From assembly GCA_049969615.1 (NCBI GenBank), contig JBMFOM010000031.1:1-18988 (forward strand): a stretch of 18,988 nt of DNA, in the 5' to 3' direction. The DNA comes from a candidate division WOR-3 bacterium (GTDB lineage Bacteria > Hydrothermota > Hydrothermia > JBDRYB01). Shown here one piece after another: positions 1 through 7,775 of this stretch (positions are counted from its first letter, which is position 1; each line of letters starts with the position of its first letter). Under the pieces are notes generated by a model that saw only the letters and a list, made by a program, of their open reading frames with translations, ran no database searches and was not told where the DNA came from. The translations under genes and the position numbers were made by a program.

Positions 1-2
1 CG

Positions 3-68
3 GCCCTCGCCAGGAAACTGGTTGACCTCGTCTTCACAGTCCTCACTACGGGGGTCTATTATGAATAA
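3..68 (+). mobile_element. 3' end of an IS110-family (IS116/IS110/IS902) transposase CDS, truncated by the window edge
   Basis: Frame 3 reads ALARKLVDLVFTVLTTGVYYE* (TAA 66-68), matching the A-[VL]-A-R-K-L-x-x-h-h-[FY]-x-h-L-x-x-G-x-x-Y C-terminal helix typical of IS110 transposases. Only 21 codons are visible and it is not in the ORF track. Confidence 0.7.
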
Positions 69-100
69 AATATTGGAGGGTTGATAAAGTAGCAATAACT
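69..100 (+). mobile_element. Putative IS110 right end (outward -35 box, CT core)
   Basis: Short AT-rich stretch after the transposase stop with TTGATA at 81-86 and CT at 99-100, the layout known for IS621-like right ends. Clear homology to repeat copy B starts at this CT. The boundary is inferred. Confidence 0.45.
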
Positions 101-261
101 TGCTGGTCTGAACTAGAAGCACCTTGTCCAAGAGAACAGGATTCTAAAAGGGACCCCAGAAGAATCTCACCACGGGAACATTCCCTCAGGGTTCTCTTTT
201 TGTCATGATGAGGTTCCAGGATAGGGACAAAGCACAAACAGGGATTTTTCAGGGGTTTCAT
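76..261 (+). repeat. Dispersed intergenic repeat, copy A
   Basis: The reverse complement of 99-258 aligns to 11645-11807 at about 70% identity by hand, with exact blocks TTGTCCCTATCC, CAAAAAGAGAA and CCTGAGGGAATG. 82-125 aligns to the reverse complement of 16927-16970 (35/44). 235-261 aligns to the reverse complement of 9898-9924. Confidence 0.85.
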
Positions 262-410
262 AGGGTATTCACCAAAGCCTTGCTCTGCCTTGACCGATTG
301 CGAGGGGAACACGTTAAGTTGTTGTGCCCTAAGAACTTACAGGCTATCCTAAATCGGACCTTACCTCTGGGGTGGGAATATGTGAGATCTCAGGGTCTCC
401 AAGTGATAGT

Positions 411-431
411 GCAGGAGGGACCTGCCCCTAC
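411..431. repeat. Degenerate GTAG-type REP-like palindrome
   Basis: GCAGG-AGGGA-CCTGC hairpin followed by CCCTAC (reverse complement GTAGGG), just downstream of the ALDH stop. Similar to 7051-7076. Confidence 0.45.
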
Positions 432-441
432 AATGAATCCG

Positions 442-1851
442 TCAAATAACCAACAGCCTCAGCTCGCACATCTCCGCCACAGCATAGTGCGGCCCTTCCC
501 TTCCCATGCCCGAATCCTTGACCCCGCCGTAGGGCATCCTATCAACCCTGAATGTCGGCACATCGTTCAGGATCACGCCGCCGGCCTCTATGGTCTCAAA
601 GGCCTTCATCGCGAGGTTTATGTCGCTCGTAAAAACGCCTGCCTGCAGGCCGAACCTGCTGTCGTTCACGGCCTCAAGCGCCTTTCCGAAATCCCGGTAC
701 GCGTTTAGGGTTGCGACCGGGCCAAAAGCCTCATCCTTCCAGAGCCTCGCTGTTCTCGGGCAGTTCTCAACCAGCGCGGGTTCGTAGAACGCGCCATCCC
801 TCTTGCCCCCGAAGAGCAAGACCCCGCCCCCAGAGACTGCCTCAGAGACCCATTCTCCGACCCTCCTGGCGTCTGCCTCGGTTATCATAGGGCCGATGTC
901 GGTTTCCTCGGAGAGGGGATCCCCCATCCGTAGGGAGATCGTCTTTTCGCTGAAAACCCTGAGAAACTCATTCCTGATTTCCTGGTGGACGAATATCCTC
1001 TGGACAGAGATGCAGACCTGGCCCGAATACGAATATGCACCTGTGACGCAACGCTCGGCCGCGTGCGCGGGATCCGCGTCCTGGTGCACTATGACACCAG
1101 CGTTCCCGCCGAGCTCAAGCATGACCGTCTTTTTCGGCAGGAGGGATTTCAGCCTCCAGCCTATCTCGTCAGAACCCGTGAACGAGACCACCTTTATCCG
1201 CTCGTCCATGGCCATCTTCTCGGCTAACGCGGCCTTGGTCGGCAGAACGGATATTGCAGGCTCCTGCAGGCCTGCTCCCAGGAGGAGTTCCCCGATCATG
1301 AGGCCGGTTATGGGCGCGGAGGATGCCGGTTTCAGAATGACTGGTGCGCCCACGGCGATCGCTGGCGCTATCTTGTGAACAGCAAGGTTCAAGGGGAAGT
1401 TGAAAGGGGATATCGCGAGCACGGGCCCCTTTGGAAACAACCTTGCCAGGCCCGTTCTGTGCGGGTGGCCCGGGAATGTGTCCAACCGGATTATCTGGCC
1501 CACGCTTTCTTCAAGCGCGCACGCGGCAAGTTCAAATGTCTTCGCGGCCCTCGCAACCTCTCCCCTGGCGAGCTTTATCGGTTTATAGACCTCTGATGTT
1601 ATTATCCTGGCGAAGTCCTCGGCTTTTTCCCTGAGGAGCGCCGCGGCCCTGAAGAGAACGGCCTGGCGCTCTGCCGCTGGAGTCGTTGCGAATTTCCGGA
1701 AATAGTCATGCGCCGCGATTAAAGCGTTCTCTATCTCTGTCTCGCCGGCCATGTGAACCCTGCCGGTTTCCCTGCCCTGCCAGTCTCTTGAAGACAGGAG
1801 GTTCCCAGTCTCCACTCTCTTTCCAGCTACTATGAGTTTGTGCTCGGTCAT
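442..1851 (-). CDS. NAD(P)-dependent aldehyde dehydrogenase (ALDH family 21/GAPN-like branch)
   Basis: Motifs ISPFNFPL, LKPA, FTGS, LELGG (catalytic Glu), SGQVCIS (catalytic Cys), EAFGP and FRVDRMPYGGVKDSG. Start placed at ATG 1851, 6 nt after a -10 box (ATG 1857 is the alternative). The ORF-track extension to 1977 is not ALDH-like. Confidence 0.93.
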   Translation of the reverse strand: MTEHKLIVAGKRVETGNLLSSRDWQGRETGRVHMAGETEIENALIAAHDYFRKFATTPAAERQAVLFRAAALLREKAEDFARIITSEVYKPIKLARGEVARAAKTFELAACALEESVGQIIRLDTFPGHPHRTGLARLFPKGPVLAISPFNFPLNLAVHKIAPAIAVGAPVILKPASSAPITGLMIGELLLGAGLQEPAISVLPTKAALAEKMAMDERIKVVSFTGSDEIGWRLKSLLPKKTVMLELGGNAGVIVHQDADPAHAAERCVTGAYSYSGQVCISVQRIFVHQEIRNEFLRVFSEKTISLRMGDPLSEETDIGPMITEADARRVGEWVSEAVSGGGVLLFGGKRDGAFYEPALVENCPRTARLWKDEAFGPVATLNAYRDFGKALEAVNDSRFGLQAGVFTSDINLAMKAFETIEAGGVILNDVPTFRVDRMPYGGVKDSGMGREGPHYAVAEMCELRLLVI

Positions 1852-1857
1852 TTTCAT

Positions 1858-1887
1858 ATGATAAACCGGGGACCCTCGCGGGTTCAC
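1858..1887 (-). promoter_or_regulatory. sigma70-type promoter for ALDH (leaderless)
   Basis: GTGAAC-18 nt-TATCAT-6 nt-ATG on the minus strand, with no SD. Confidence 0.5.
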
Positions 1888-2028
1888 GATAACCCCTCGT
1901 TGGCCATTAACCCCAAAACCCTCGCGTGATAACAGGACACGGTCATAGCCCCTAGTGTCCGGTGTCTGACCAGCCATGGTTATGGCGATCCGCGACTGCG
2001 CCGTGGCGCTTCCGATAAGGCCTTCAAC

Positions 2029-2058
2029 TTGAAATCCCGCGCTCCCTCGGCTTAAGCT
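2029..2058 (+). promoter_or_regulatory. sigma70-type promoter for the PBP cluster
   Basis: TTGAAA-18 nt-TAAGCT, 8 nt before ATG 2067, with no SD. Confidence 0.55.
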
Positions 2059-2066
2059 ATTCGCTC

Positions 2067-3248
2067 ATGTTATTGGGCTTCCTGTTCCTGATCGGAACCG
2101 ATTACTCTTCCTTCAGGACCCAGCTCTGGCTTTTCAAGAACGCGGGACTCCGGGACTCGGTCTATGTCTATACCCTTCAGAATGGCGATGTGGCCTATTT
2201 TTCGGTGAGGCCCCATTTTCAGTCCAGGGCCTTTGATCTATACGATAACTGGCGCCCGGCATATGCGGTCATCATAGCGATAGAGCCGGCAACCGGAAGG
2301 ATCCTCGGTCTTCAGGCCTACAGCAGGTCGGAGCCGAGTAGCCCCTGGAATAAGAACCTGGCCATCAGAAACACCTTTCCAGCCGCCAGCCTGTTCAAGA
2401 TAGTCACTGCCTTGGCAGTCATAAGAACAAAAGGCTTGTCCCCGGATGATTCCCTGACATACAGGGGAAAATCACATTCAATGAGTCCGCGCGTGTGGCT
2501 CAAGAGCAAGTATGTGACGAAAACGACATTCGCTGAGGCGTTTGGAATATCCTGCAACCCTGTTTTTGGAGTTCTGGCCAGGGATGTTGGCCGGGACGCG
2601 CTCCTTGAATCTGCCAGCCGCCTCGGTTTCAGGGTTGATGGAAAGAAGTTTAATCTGCCTGAGGAGCTGGGCTTTGGTAAGATTGAGAAACCCAAAGGTA
2701 CCGATAGCCTGATGCTCATGGGCGCCGGTTTCGTCAACTCGTCCCTGAGCCCGCTTCACGCGGCCCTCATGGCCTCAGCAATAACCAACGGGGGAGTGAT
2801 GATGAAACCAAACCTGCTGGACAGCGTGGTCAGCAAGGATGGCAATATGGTCTGGGTAGCGAGGCCGGAGACCCTCACAGTGGCAATGACTCCTGAAGAG
2901 GCAGGGATTATCCGAAATCTCATGCTCGCTACTGTGACCTGCGGCACATCTTACAGGGCTTTTTACGCATCCGATGGCAGCCCTGTTCTTCCGGGTGTGA
3001 TCGCTGGCGGCAAGACCGGTTCCCTCTTTGGCAAGGACCCTCAGGGCAAGTGCGACTGGTTCGCTGGGTTCGCTGAGAAGGATAGGAATAAGGTGGCGAT
3101 AAGCTCCCTTGTGGTCAACAGCACGAACAAGAAAACCAGGCTCAAGGGCTCTTATCCAGCCGAGGAGGCGATAAGGGTGCTTTTCGGCATAGAGGGCTCT
3201 TTGCCCATATGCGCTGAGGAGATCAGGGTGAACGAAAAAAGGAGGTGA
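2067..3248 (+). CDS. Penicillin-binding protein, transpeptidase domain
   Basis: SxxK (PAASLFK), SxN (SCN) and KTG (GKTGS) motifs in the correct order, plus IEPATGRIL and DWFAGFA. Short hydrophobic N-terminus. Confidence 0.92.
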   Translation: MLLGFLFLIGTDYSSFRTQLWLFKNAGLRDSVYVYTLQNGDVAYFSVRPHFQSRAFDLYDNWRPAYAVIIAIEPATGRILGLQAYSRSEPSSPWNKNLAIRNTFPAASLFKIVTALAVIRTKGLSPDDSLTYRGKSHSMSPRVWLKSKYVTKTTFAEAFGISCNPVFGVLARDVGRDALLESASRLGFRVDGKKFNLPEELGFGKIEKPKGTDSLMLMGAGFVNSSLSPLHAALMASAITNGGVMMKPNLLDSVVSKDGNMVWVARPETLTVAMTPEEAGIIRNLMLATVTCGTSYRAFYASDGSPVLPGVIAGGKTGSLFGKDPQGKCDWFAGFAEKDRNKVAISSLVVNSTNKKTRLKGSYPAEEAIRVLFGIEGSLPICAEEIRVNEKRR

Positions 3249-3252
3249 AACC

Positions 3253-3798
3253 ATGTTATTATTAACCCTGCTGTCCGCGCCATTCTCATTCCAGAAGGCA
3301 ACGGTTGCTTGGAAAGTAGGGGAGGATAGTGCGGTCGCCTATATCGTGGATTACGGCAAGCGCGTCGGTATGTTCATATACAGGAAAGGGGAGCTCTCGG
3401 AGAGAGGCCTTGTTCTGGACAAAAAGGGTTGGAAGGTTGATATGAACCTCATGGAGTTCTCCGCGCAGGAGGGATACTTCAAGACTCCGGAGGACCTGGT
3501 GAATTTCTGGTGCACGGGAGACCCGGTTTCCCGTGGGGTTGTCCTGGGCCACGGCGGCCTTCAGGCGACCGAGGCCGGGACCGAGAATTACCAGGGCTAC
3601 AATTGTGTCCTTTTCAGGATAACCGGCGAAGACAGCTCCACTGAGGGCAAATTGTTGCGCTGGGGAGGCCTGACCCTTTTCTACCAGTTCAGAGTCGGGA
3701 AGGAGTTATACGAGTGCTCAGTTATGAGACTGGACACGGTCTCGGCTATTCCAGAAGATAAGTTGAAGCTACCAGAAACCATATTCCCCGTAAGGTGA
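3253..3798 (+). CDS. Hypothetical exported protein (weakly DUF4412-like)
   Basis: SD GGAGG at 3241-3245 and hydrophobic N-terminus MLLLTLLSA. The GTENYQGYNC...W.G..L...IP.D..KLP pattern recalls DUF4412-type proteins (weak). Packed directly behind the PBP gene. Confidence 0.75.
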   Translation: MLLLTLLSAPFSFQKATVAWKVGEDSAVAYIVDYGKRVGMFIYRKGELSERGLVLDKKGWKVDMNLMEFSAQEGYFKTPEDLVNFWCTGDPVSRGVVLGHGGLQATEAGTENYQGYNCVLFRITGEDSSTEGKLLRWGGLTLFYQFRVGKELYECSVMRLDTVSAIPEDKLKLPETIFPVR

Positions 3799-3853
3799 GA
3801 ACCGGGAGGAGTAGGCCTGGGTTCTCGCGCCCAAGGCACTTTTGGTTGCGTTT

Positions 3854-4408
3854 ATGAAGGTTTTTGTTGGTATAACTGGCGCTTCTGGTGCTATATACTC
3901 CATGAGGTTCCTTCAGGAACTCATGGGCCTCGGTGTGGAGGCCCATGTGGCAATAACCAGGTGGGGTAAGCATTTGCTTGAGGCCGAGGGTTTTTCCCTG
4001 GACGAAATAAAACCCCTCGCGGCCTCGGTCTCCGACGCGGATGATATCGCTCGTGCCCCAGCCTCCGGGACGGCTGGGTTCGTGGCTTTCGGGATAATCC
4101 CCTGTTCGGCATCAACCCTGGGCAAGATAGCCTCAGGGATAGGGGACAATCTGGTCACCCGCGCGGCGCAGGTCGCGCTGAAGGAGAGAAAACCCCTAGC
4201 CCTTTTGATAAGGGAGACGCCCCTCTCGCCTGTTATGATAGAAGCCATGTTAAGGGTTTCCTTGGCCGGAGCCATCATCATGCCAGCGGCTCCGGCTTTC
4301 TACCACAATCCCCAGACCATCGGTGACCTCGTTGATTTCGTGGTGAAAAAAACCCTTTTTGCTCTTGGTTTTGAGATTGATCTCTCAGACTTTTGGGAAG
4401 GAGAATGA
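3854..4408 (+). CDS. ubiX: Flavin prenyltransferase UbiX
   Basis: VGITGASGAIY, ASGT, IPCSASTLGKIASG, NLVTRAAQVALKERKPL, RETPL and PAFYHNPQTI. Start at ATG 3854. Confidence 0.95.
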   Translation: MKVFVGITGASGAIYSMRFLQELMGLGVEAHVAITRWGKHLLEAEGFSLDEIKPLAASVSDADDIARAPASGTAGFVAFGIIPCSASTLGKIASGIGDNLVTRAAQVALKERKPLALLIRETPLSPVMIEAMLRVSLAGAIIMPAAPAFYHNPQTIGDLVDFVVKKTLFALGFEIDLSDFWEGE

Positions 4409-4409
4409 A

Positions 4410-5756
4410 ATGATCGAGTATCCAACCGAACCCTTCAGGATAAAGAGCGTGGAACCAATAACGCTTCCCTCGCGTGAGGAGCGGGAGGCCTTGCTTCGGG
4501 AGGCCGGTTACAACCTCTTTAAGATACCTGCCGAGAAGGTATTCGTTGATCTCTTGACGGATTCAGGAACCGGGGCAATGAGCCAGGAGCAGTGGTCTGC
4601 CCTAATGCTCGGAGATGAATCCTATGCTTCTGCCAGGTCATGGTTCAGGTTCAAAAAAGCGGTTCAGGAATTCACCGGCATGCCCCATGTCATACCTGTG
4701 CACCAGGGTAGAGGAGGCGAGAGGATAATAGCCTCAGTCCTTCTCAAGCCCGGAGATGTCGTTCTCTCCAACACCCTCTTTGACACCACCCGCGCCAACA
4801 TAGAGGGAGTCGGGGCAGAAGGTATTGACATACCTTGCCATCAGAGCCACGACATATTCAGTGATTACCCCTTCAAGGGGAACATTGACCTGGACAGGCT
4901 AACTGATCTCTTGGCGCAGAAACCCGTGAAGATCCTTATCCTTACCCTTACCAATAACGCCGGCGGGGGTCAGCCCCTCTCCGTTGATAATGTGGCGGAA
5001 GCCGCCAGGTTGGCTAGAGATAAGGGTGTACTCGTGATGCTTGACATCTGCAGGATAGCTGAGAACGCCTATTTGATAAAAGAAAGAGACCAGAGATATA
5101 AAGATAAGCCAGTCTCCGAGATAGTTCGGGAGATCGCTGGTTTCGCTGACATAGTTTCAATGAGCGCGAAGAAAGACGCCATAGCAAACATAGGCGGTTT
5201 TATCGCCACCAGCGACGAGGGATTGGTAGAACGTTTCAGGACCCAGCTTGTCGTGTGGGAGGGTTTCCCGACCTATGGTGGAATGGCAGGCAGGGACATG
5301 GACGCGATTGCACAAGGCCTTTCGGAGGGTGTTGATGAGACCTATCTTCGCTACAGGGTTAGCCAGGTCAGATATGTGGCGGAGAGGCTCAGGGAATTGG
5401 GTTATCCGCTCATATGGCCCCCAGGAGGCCACGCGGTATATGTTGAGGCAGGAGAACTCCTGCCCCATATCCCAAAAAACGAGTTCCCGGGCCAGGCCCT
5501 CGCGGTTGAGCTATACAGGGAGGGAGCTGTGAGGACAGTTGAGATAGGAACCATGATGTTTGGAGATGCCGCTCTCCACGAGTTCGTGCGCCTAGCCATT
5601 CCCCGGAGGGTTTATACCCAGGCCCACCTTGACTGGGTCATAGAGACAGCTAGGAGGGTCATGGAAAGGAAGGACACGATTCCGGGATACAGGATAATCA
5701 AGGAGCCGCCAGCTCTCAGGCATTTCCTGTGCGAGATGGAACCTATTAGATCATGA
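4410..5756 (+). CDS. tnaA: Tryptophanase (tryptophan indole-lyase)
   Basis: EPFRIKSVE, DLLTDSGT, HQGRGGE, PLP-lysine motif MSAKKD, GFPTYGG and RLAIPRRVYT. TnaA-type rather than TPL-type residues: FDTT, RTVEIG, LRHF. SD AAGGAG at 4398-4403 before ATG 4410. Confidence 0.92.
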   Translation: MIEYPTEPFRIKSVEPITLPSREEREALLREAGYNLFKIPAEKVFVDLLTDSGTGAMSQEQWSALMLGDESYASARSWFRFKKAVQEFTGMPHVIPVHQGRGGERIIASVLLKPGDVVLSNTLFDTTRANIEGVGAEGIDIPCHQSHDIFSDYPFKGNIDLDRLTDLLAQKPVKILILTLTNNAGGGQPLSVDNVAEAARLARDKGVLVMLDICRIAENAYLIKERDQRYKDKPVSEIVREIAGFADIVSMSAKKDAIANIGGFIATSDEGLVERFRTQLVVWEGFPTYGGMAGRDMDAIAQGLSEGVDETYLRYRVSQVRYVAERLRELGYPLIWPPGGHAVYVEAGELLPHIPKNEFPGQALAVELYREGAVRTVEIGTMMFGDAALHEFVRLAIPRRVYTQAHLDWVIETARRVMERKDTIPGYRIIKEPPALRHFLCEMEPIRS

Positions 5757-5798
5757 TACCACTTCGGGGTTCTAGGTTTTTGTGGACTTTAGTCAACC

Positions 5799-5828
5799 TT
5801 GTGTGTTCGCGTGCGTTTTCCGGATAAT
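5799..5828 (+). promoter_or_regulatory. sigma70-type promoter for trpS (leaderless)
   Basis: TTGTGT-18 nt-GATAAT-6 nt-GTG (5835), with no SD. Confidence 0.4.
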
Positions 5829-5834
5829 ATGAAT

Positions 5835-7046
5835 GTGAAGAAGCGCGTCCTTTCGGGAACTAGACCAACCGGAAAGGCCCACCTCGGCAACCTCGCGGGT
5901 GCGTTCTTCAACTGGGCGAGGATCCAGGACTCTGGCGAATACGAGACATTCTACTGCGTTGTTGATTGGCACTCCCTTACAACTGATTACGCGAACACCG
6001 GGGTGATAAGGCCCAACACCTTAGAGATGGTCAGGGACTGGCTTGCTGTCGGCCTTTCGCCAGAGAAATCGGTTCTTTTTCTGCAATCCGCTGTCCCGGA
6101 GCACGCGGAGCTGCACCTCCTGTTCTCAATGCTGGTCTCGCTGTCGAAAGCGCTCCGCGTCCCCACATTCAAGGAACACCTTGAGGACACGCGGGCAGAG
6201 ACCATGAGGGATAAACTCCGGACAGAAACGGGCGATGTCTCGGAGATCATGAGAAAAATGAAGACAGAGGCAGTTGATAGCCTAACTGAGTTTATCCTTG
6301 GCGTGCCTGATCCCGACACAGTCAAACAAAAGCTCTCATCTGAGCTGTCAAAGCTAACTGACAGGGCATCCGAGGTGCTGGCCAGGAGCGTTGCTGATGT
6401 TGATTTCTCGGATATTCCAGGTTTTGAGGCAATATCATGTGGTTTTCTTGAGTATCCCATACTGCAGGCCGCGGACATTGCCATATACAGGGCGCACGCT
6501 GTTCCAGTCGGAGAGGACCAGGTCCCGCACATTGAATTCGCCAGGGAGGTTGTCCGCCGTTTCAACTCCACATACGGCCAGGTTTTCCCTGAACCAGAGG
6601 CCCTGCTCACGCCGGTGCCGCGCATTCTCGGCTCAGACCGGAGAAAGATGAGCAAACGCTATGATAATGGGATTTATCTCGCTGACCCGCCGGAGGTCCT
6701 TGAGAAGAAACTCATGGGGTTCTTCACTGATCCCGCGCGGATAAGAAAGAACGATCCTGGCCACCCGGACGATTGCCCGGTATTTCTTCTGATAAAGGCT
6801 TTTTTGCCGGAGAGGGCAGGGGAGGTCAAACCGGCGTGCGAGCGCGGGAAGCTGGGTTGTGTTGATTGCAAGAGGCGCGCCGCGGCCGGACTAAACGAGT
6901 TTCTCGCGCCAATGAGGGAGCGACGCGCTTCCTTCGGAGAGGAATATCTTCTGGATGTTCTCAGGGAGGGGTCCAGGAAGGCACGGAAAGAGGCTCAGGA
7001 AACCATGTCCATTGTGAGAAAGGCCATGAAGATGGACTGGCTGTAA
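5835..7046 (+). CDS. trpS: Tryptophan--tRNA ligase with internal insertion and 4-Cys motif
   Basis: SGTRPTG-x-x-HLGN (HIGH), DWHSLTT, QSAVPEHAEL, YPILQAADI, VPVGEDQVPHIE and KMSKR. Start is GTG 5835 or ATG 5829. Confidence 0.96.
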   Translation: MKKRVLSGTRPTGKAHLGNLAGAFFNWARIQDSGEYETFYCVVDWHSLTTDYANTGVIRPNTLEMVRDWLAVGLSPEKSVLFLQSAVPEHAELHLLFSMLVSLSKALRVPTFKEHLEDTRAETMRDKLRTETGDVSEIMRKMKTEAVDSLTEFILGVPDPDTVKQKLSSELSKLTDRASEVLARSVADVDFSDIPGFEAISCGFLEYPILQAADIAIYRAHAVPVGEDQVPHIEFAREVVRRFNSTYGQVFPEPEALLTPVPRILGSDRRKMSKRYDNGIYLADPPEVLEKKLMGFFTDPARIRKNDPGHPDDCPVFLLIKAFLPERAGEVKPACERGKLGCVDCKRRAAAGLNEFLAPMRERRASFGEEYLLDVLREGSRKARKEAQETMSIVRKAMKMDWL

Positions 7047-7050
7047 AAAT

Positions 7051-7076
7051 GGGCGGGCACGAGGCTCGCCCTCTAC
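7051..7076. repeat. GTAG-type REP-like palindrome / possible bidirectional terminator stem
   Basis: GGGCGGGC-ACGAG-GCTCGCCC forms an 8-bp stem (one G-U) followed by TCTAC, between convergent genes. Confidence 0.55.
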
Positions 7077-7455
7077 CTCACTAGGCCGTTATGTTGAGCG
7101 TTTCCCCCCACATGTTCCAGCCGTCAGCGTTGGGGCCTTTTGGGTCTATGCAATAGACCGAGCCAAGCTCTGTTCCCCAATAGACCTTGCCCTCTGAGAC
7201 AGCTGGCTGGAACCTTATTGGTTCCCCGCGGTCATAGCACCAGAGCTCGCGGCCGTCATTGGTCGTGAATCTCTCTACCCTGAGGGGAAGGCTTTTCTCC
7301 AGGGATTCCTGGCCATCGCTCCCCCCGTATCCGATGGCCTGATGAGCCTCCTGTTCGATGGCGGTCTGTTTCTGGGCCTGGGTGTCCACCGGACCACCAG
7401 CCCTCACAAACGCGGCCACCAGAACCGCCGCAGAGGTCAATGGCTCTTGCCACAC
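7073..7455 (-). pseudogene. Decayed PQQ-repeat (beta-propeller) protein gene
   Basis: DGRELWCYDRGEPIRFQPAVSEGKVYWGTELGSVYCID is a PQQ-like blade. Restoring one G to the G6 run (7104-7109) turns ...WNMWGETLNITA into WNMWGGNAQHNGLVR* (stop 7073-7075), a motif typical of these proteins. Only about one blade survives and there is no credible start. Confidence 0.65.
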
Positions 7456-7714
7456 ACAAAAAGGCCTTCCTCAGGACGAGGACATCAGCCCCCATGGACT
7501 TAAGCCAGCTCATTATCTCGCCGGATACTCTCGGTGAGAAAGTTTCATTTTTTCTTTTTCCTCCGGTTTCTTCTTTGGGCCGGGAGAATATTTTCATCCA
7601 TCTTCGTGTCCCTGGGCCACTACGGCCCAAAGGGTTTCAGAGCTTTTGCTTGGAGGATAAGGGATTCAGGAGAAAAGAAAATGTGAGATATCAGGTCAGA
7701 GAGAGATGTTGAGG

Positions 7715-7744
7715 TTGCATGTCCACGCGAAAATGGTTTATAAT
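7715..7744 (+). promoter_or_regulatory. sigma70-type promoter
   Basis: TTGCAT-18 nt-TATAAT, with SD AGGAGGT at 7764-7770. Confidence 0.7.
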
Positions 7745-7775
7745 CTAGCGCTTAGCTTTTTTGAGGAGGTTTCTT

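Noticed and set aside
46-708. ORFs 46..312 (-) and 205..708 (+)
   Set aside because: They run through the non-coding repeat or antisense to ALDH and show no motifs. The homologous copy B has indels that break the frame.
1852-1977. N-terminal extension of ALDH in the ORF track
   Set aside because: Not ALDH-like and overlaps a plausible promoter. The shorter protein has normal family length.
4410-5756. Tyrosine phenol-lyase assignment
   Set aside because: Lacks the TPL-specific residues (FTTT Thr, MERG Arg, LRFF Phe) and has the tryptophanase equivalents.
5757-5834. T-box leader or attenuator upstream of trpS
   Set aside because: The intergenic region is under 80 nt with no T-box consensus or Trp-codon leader.
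6183-6434. Intein or intron in trpS
   Set aside because: No C/S...HN-C/S/T splice junctions, too short, and the frame is open with ordinary codon usage.
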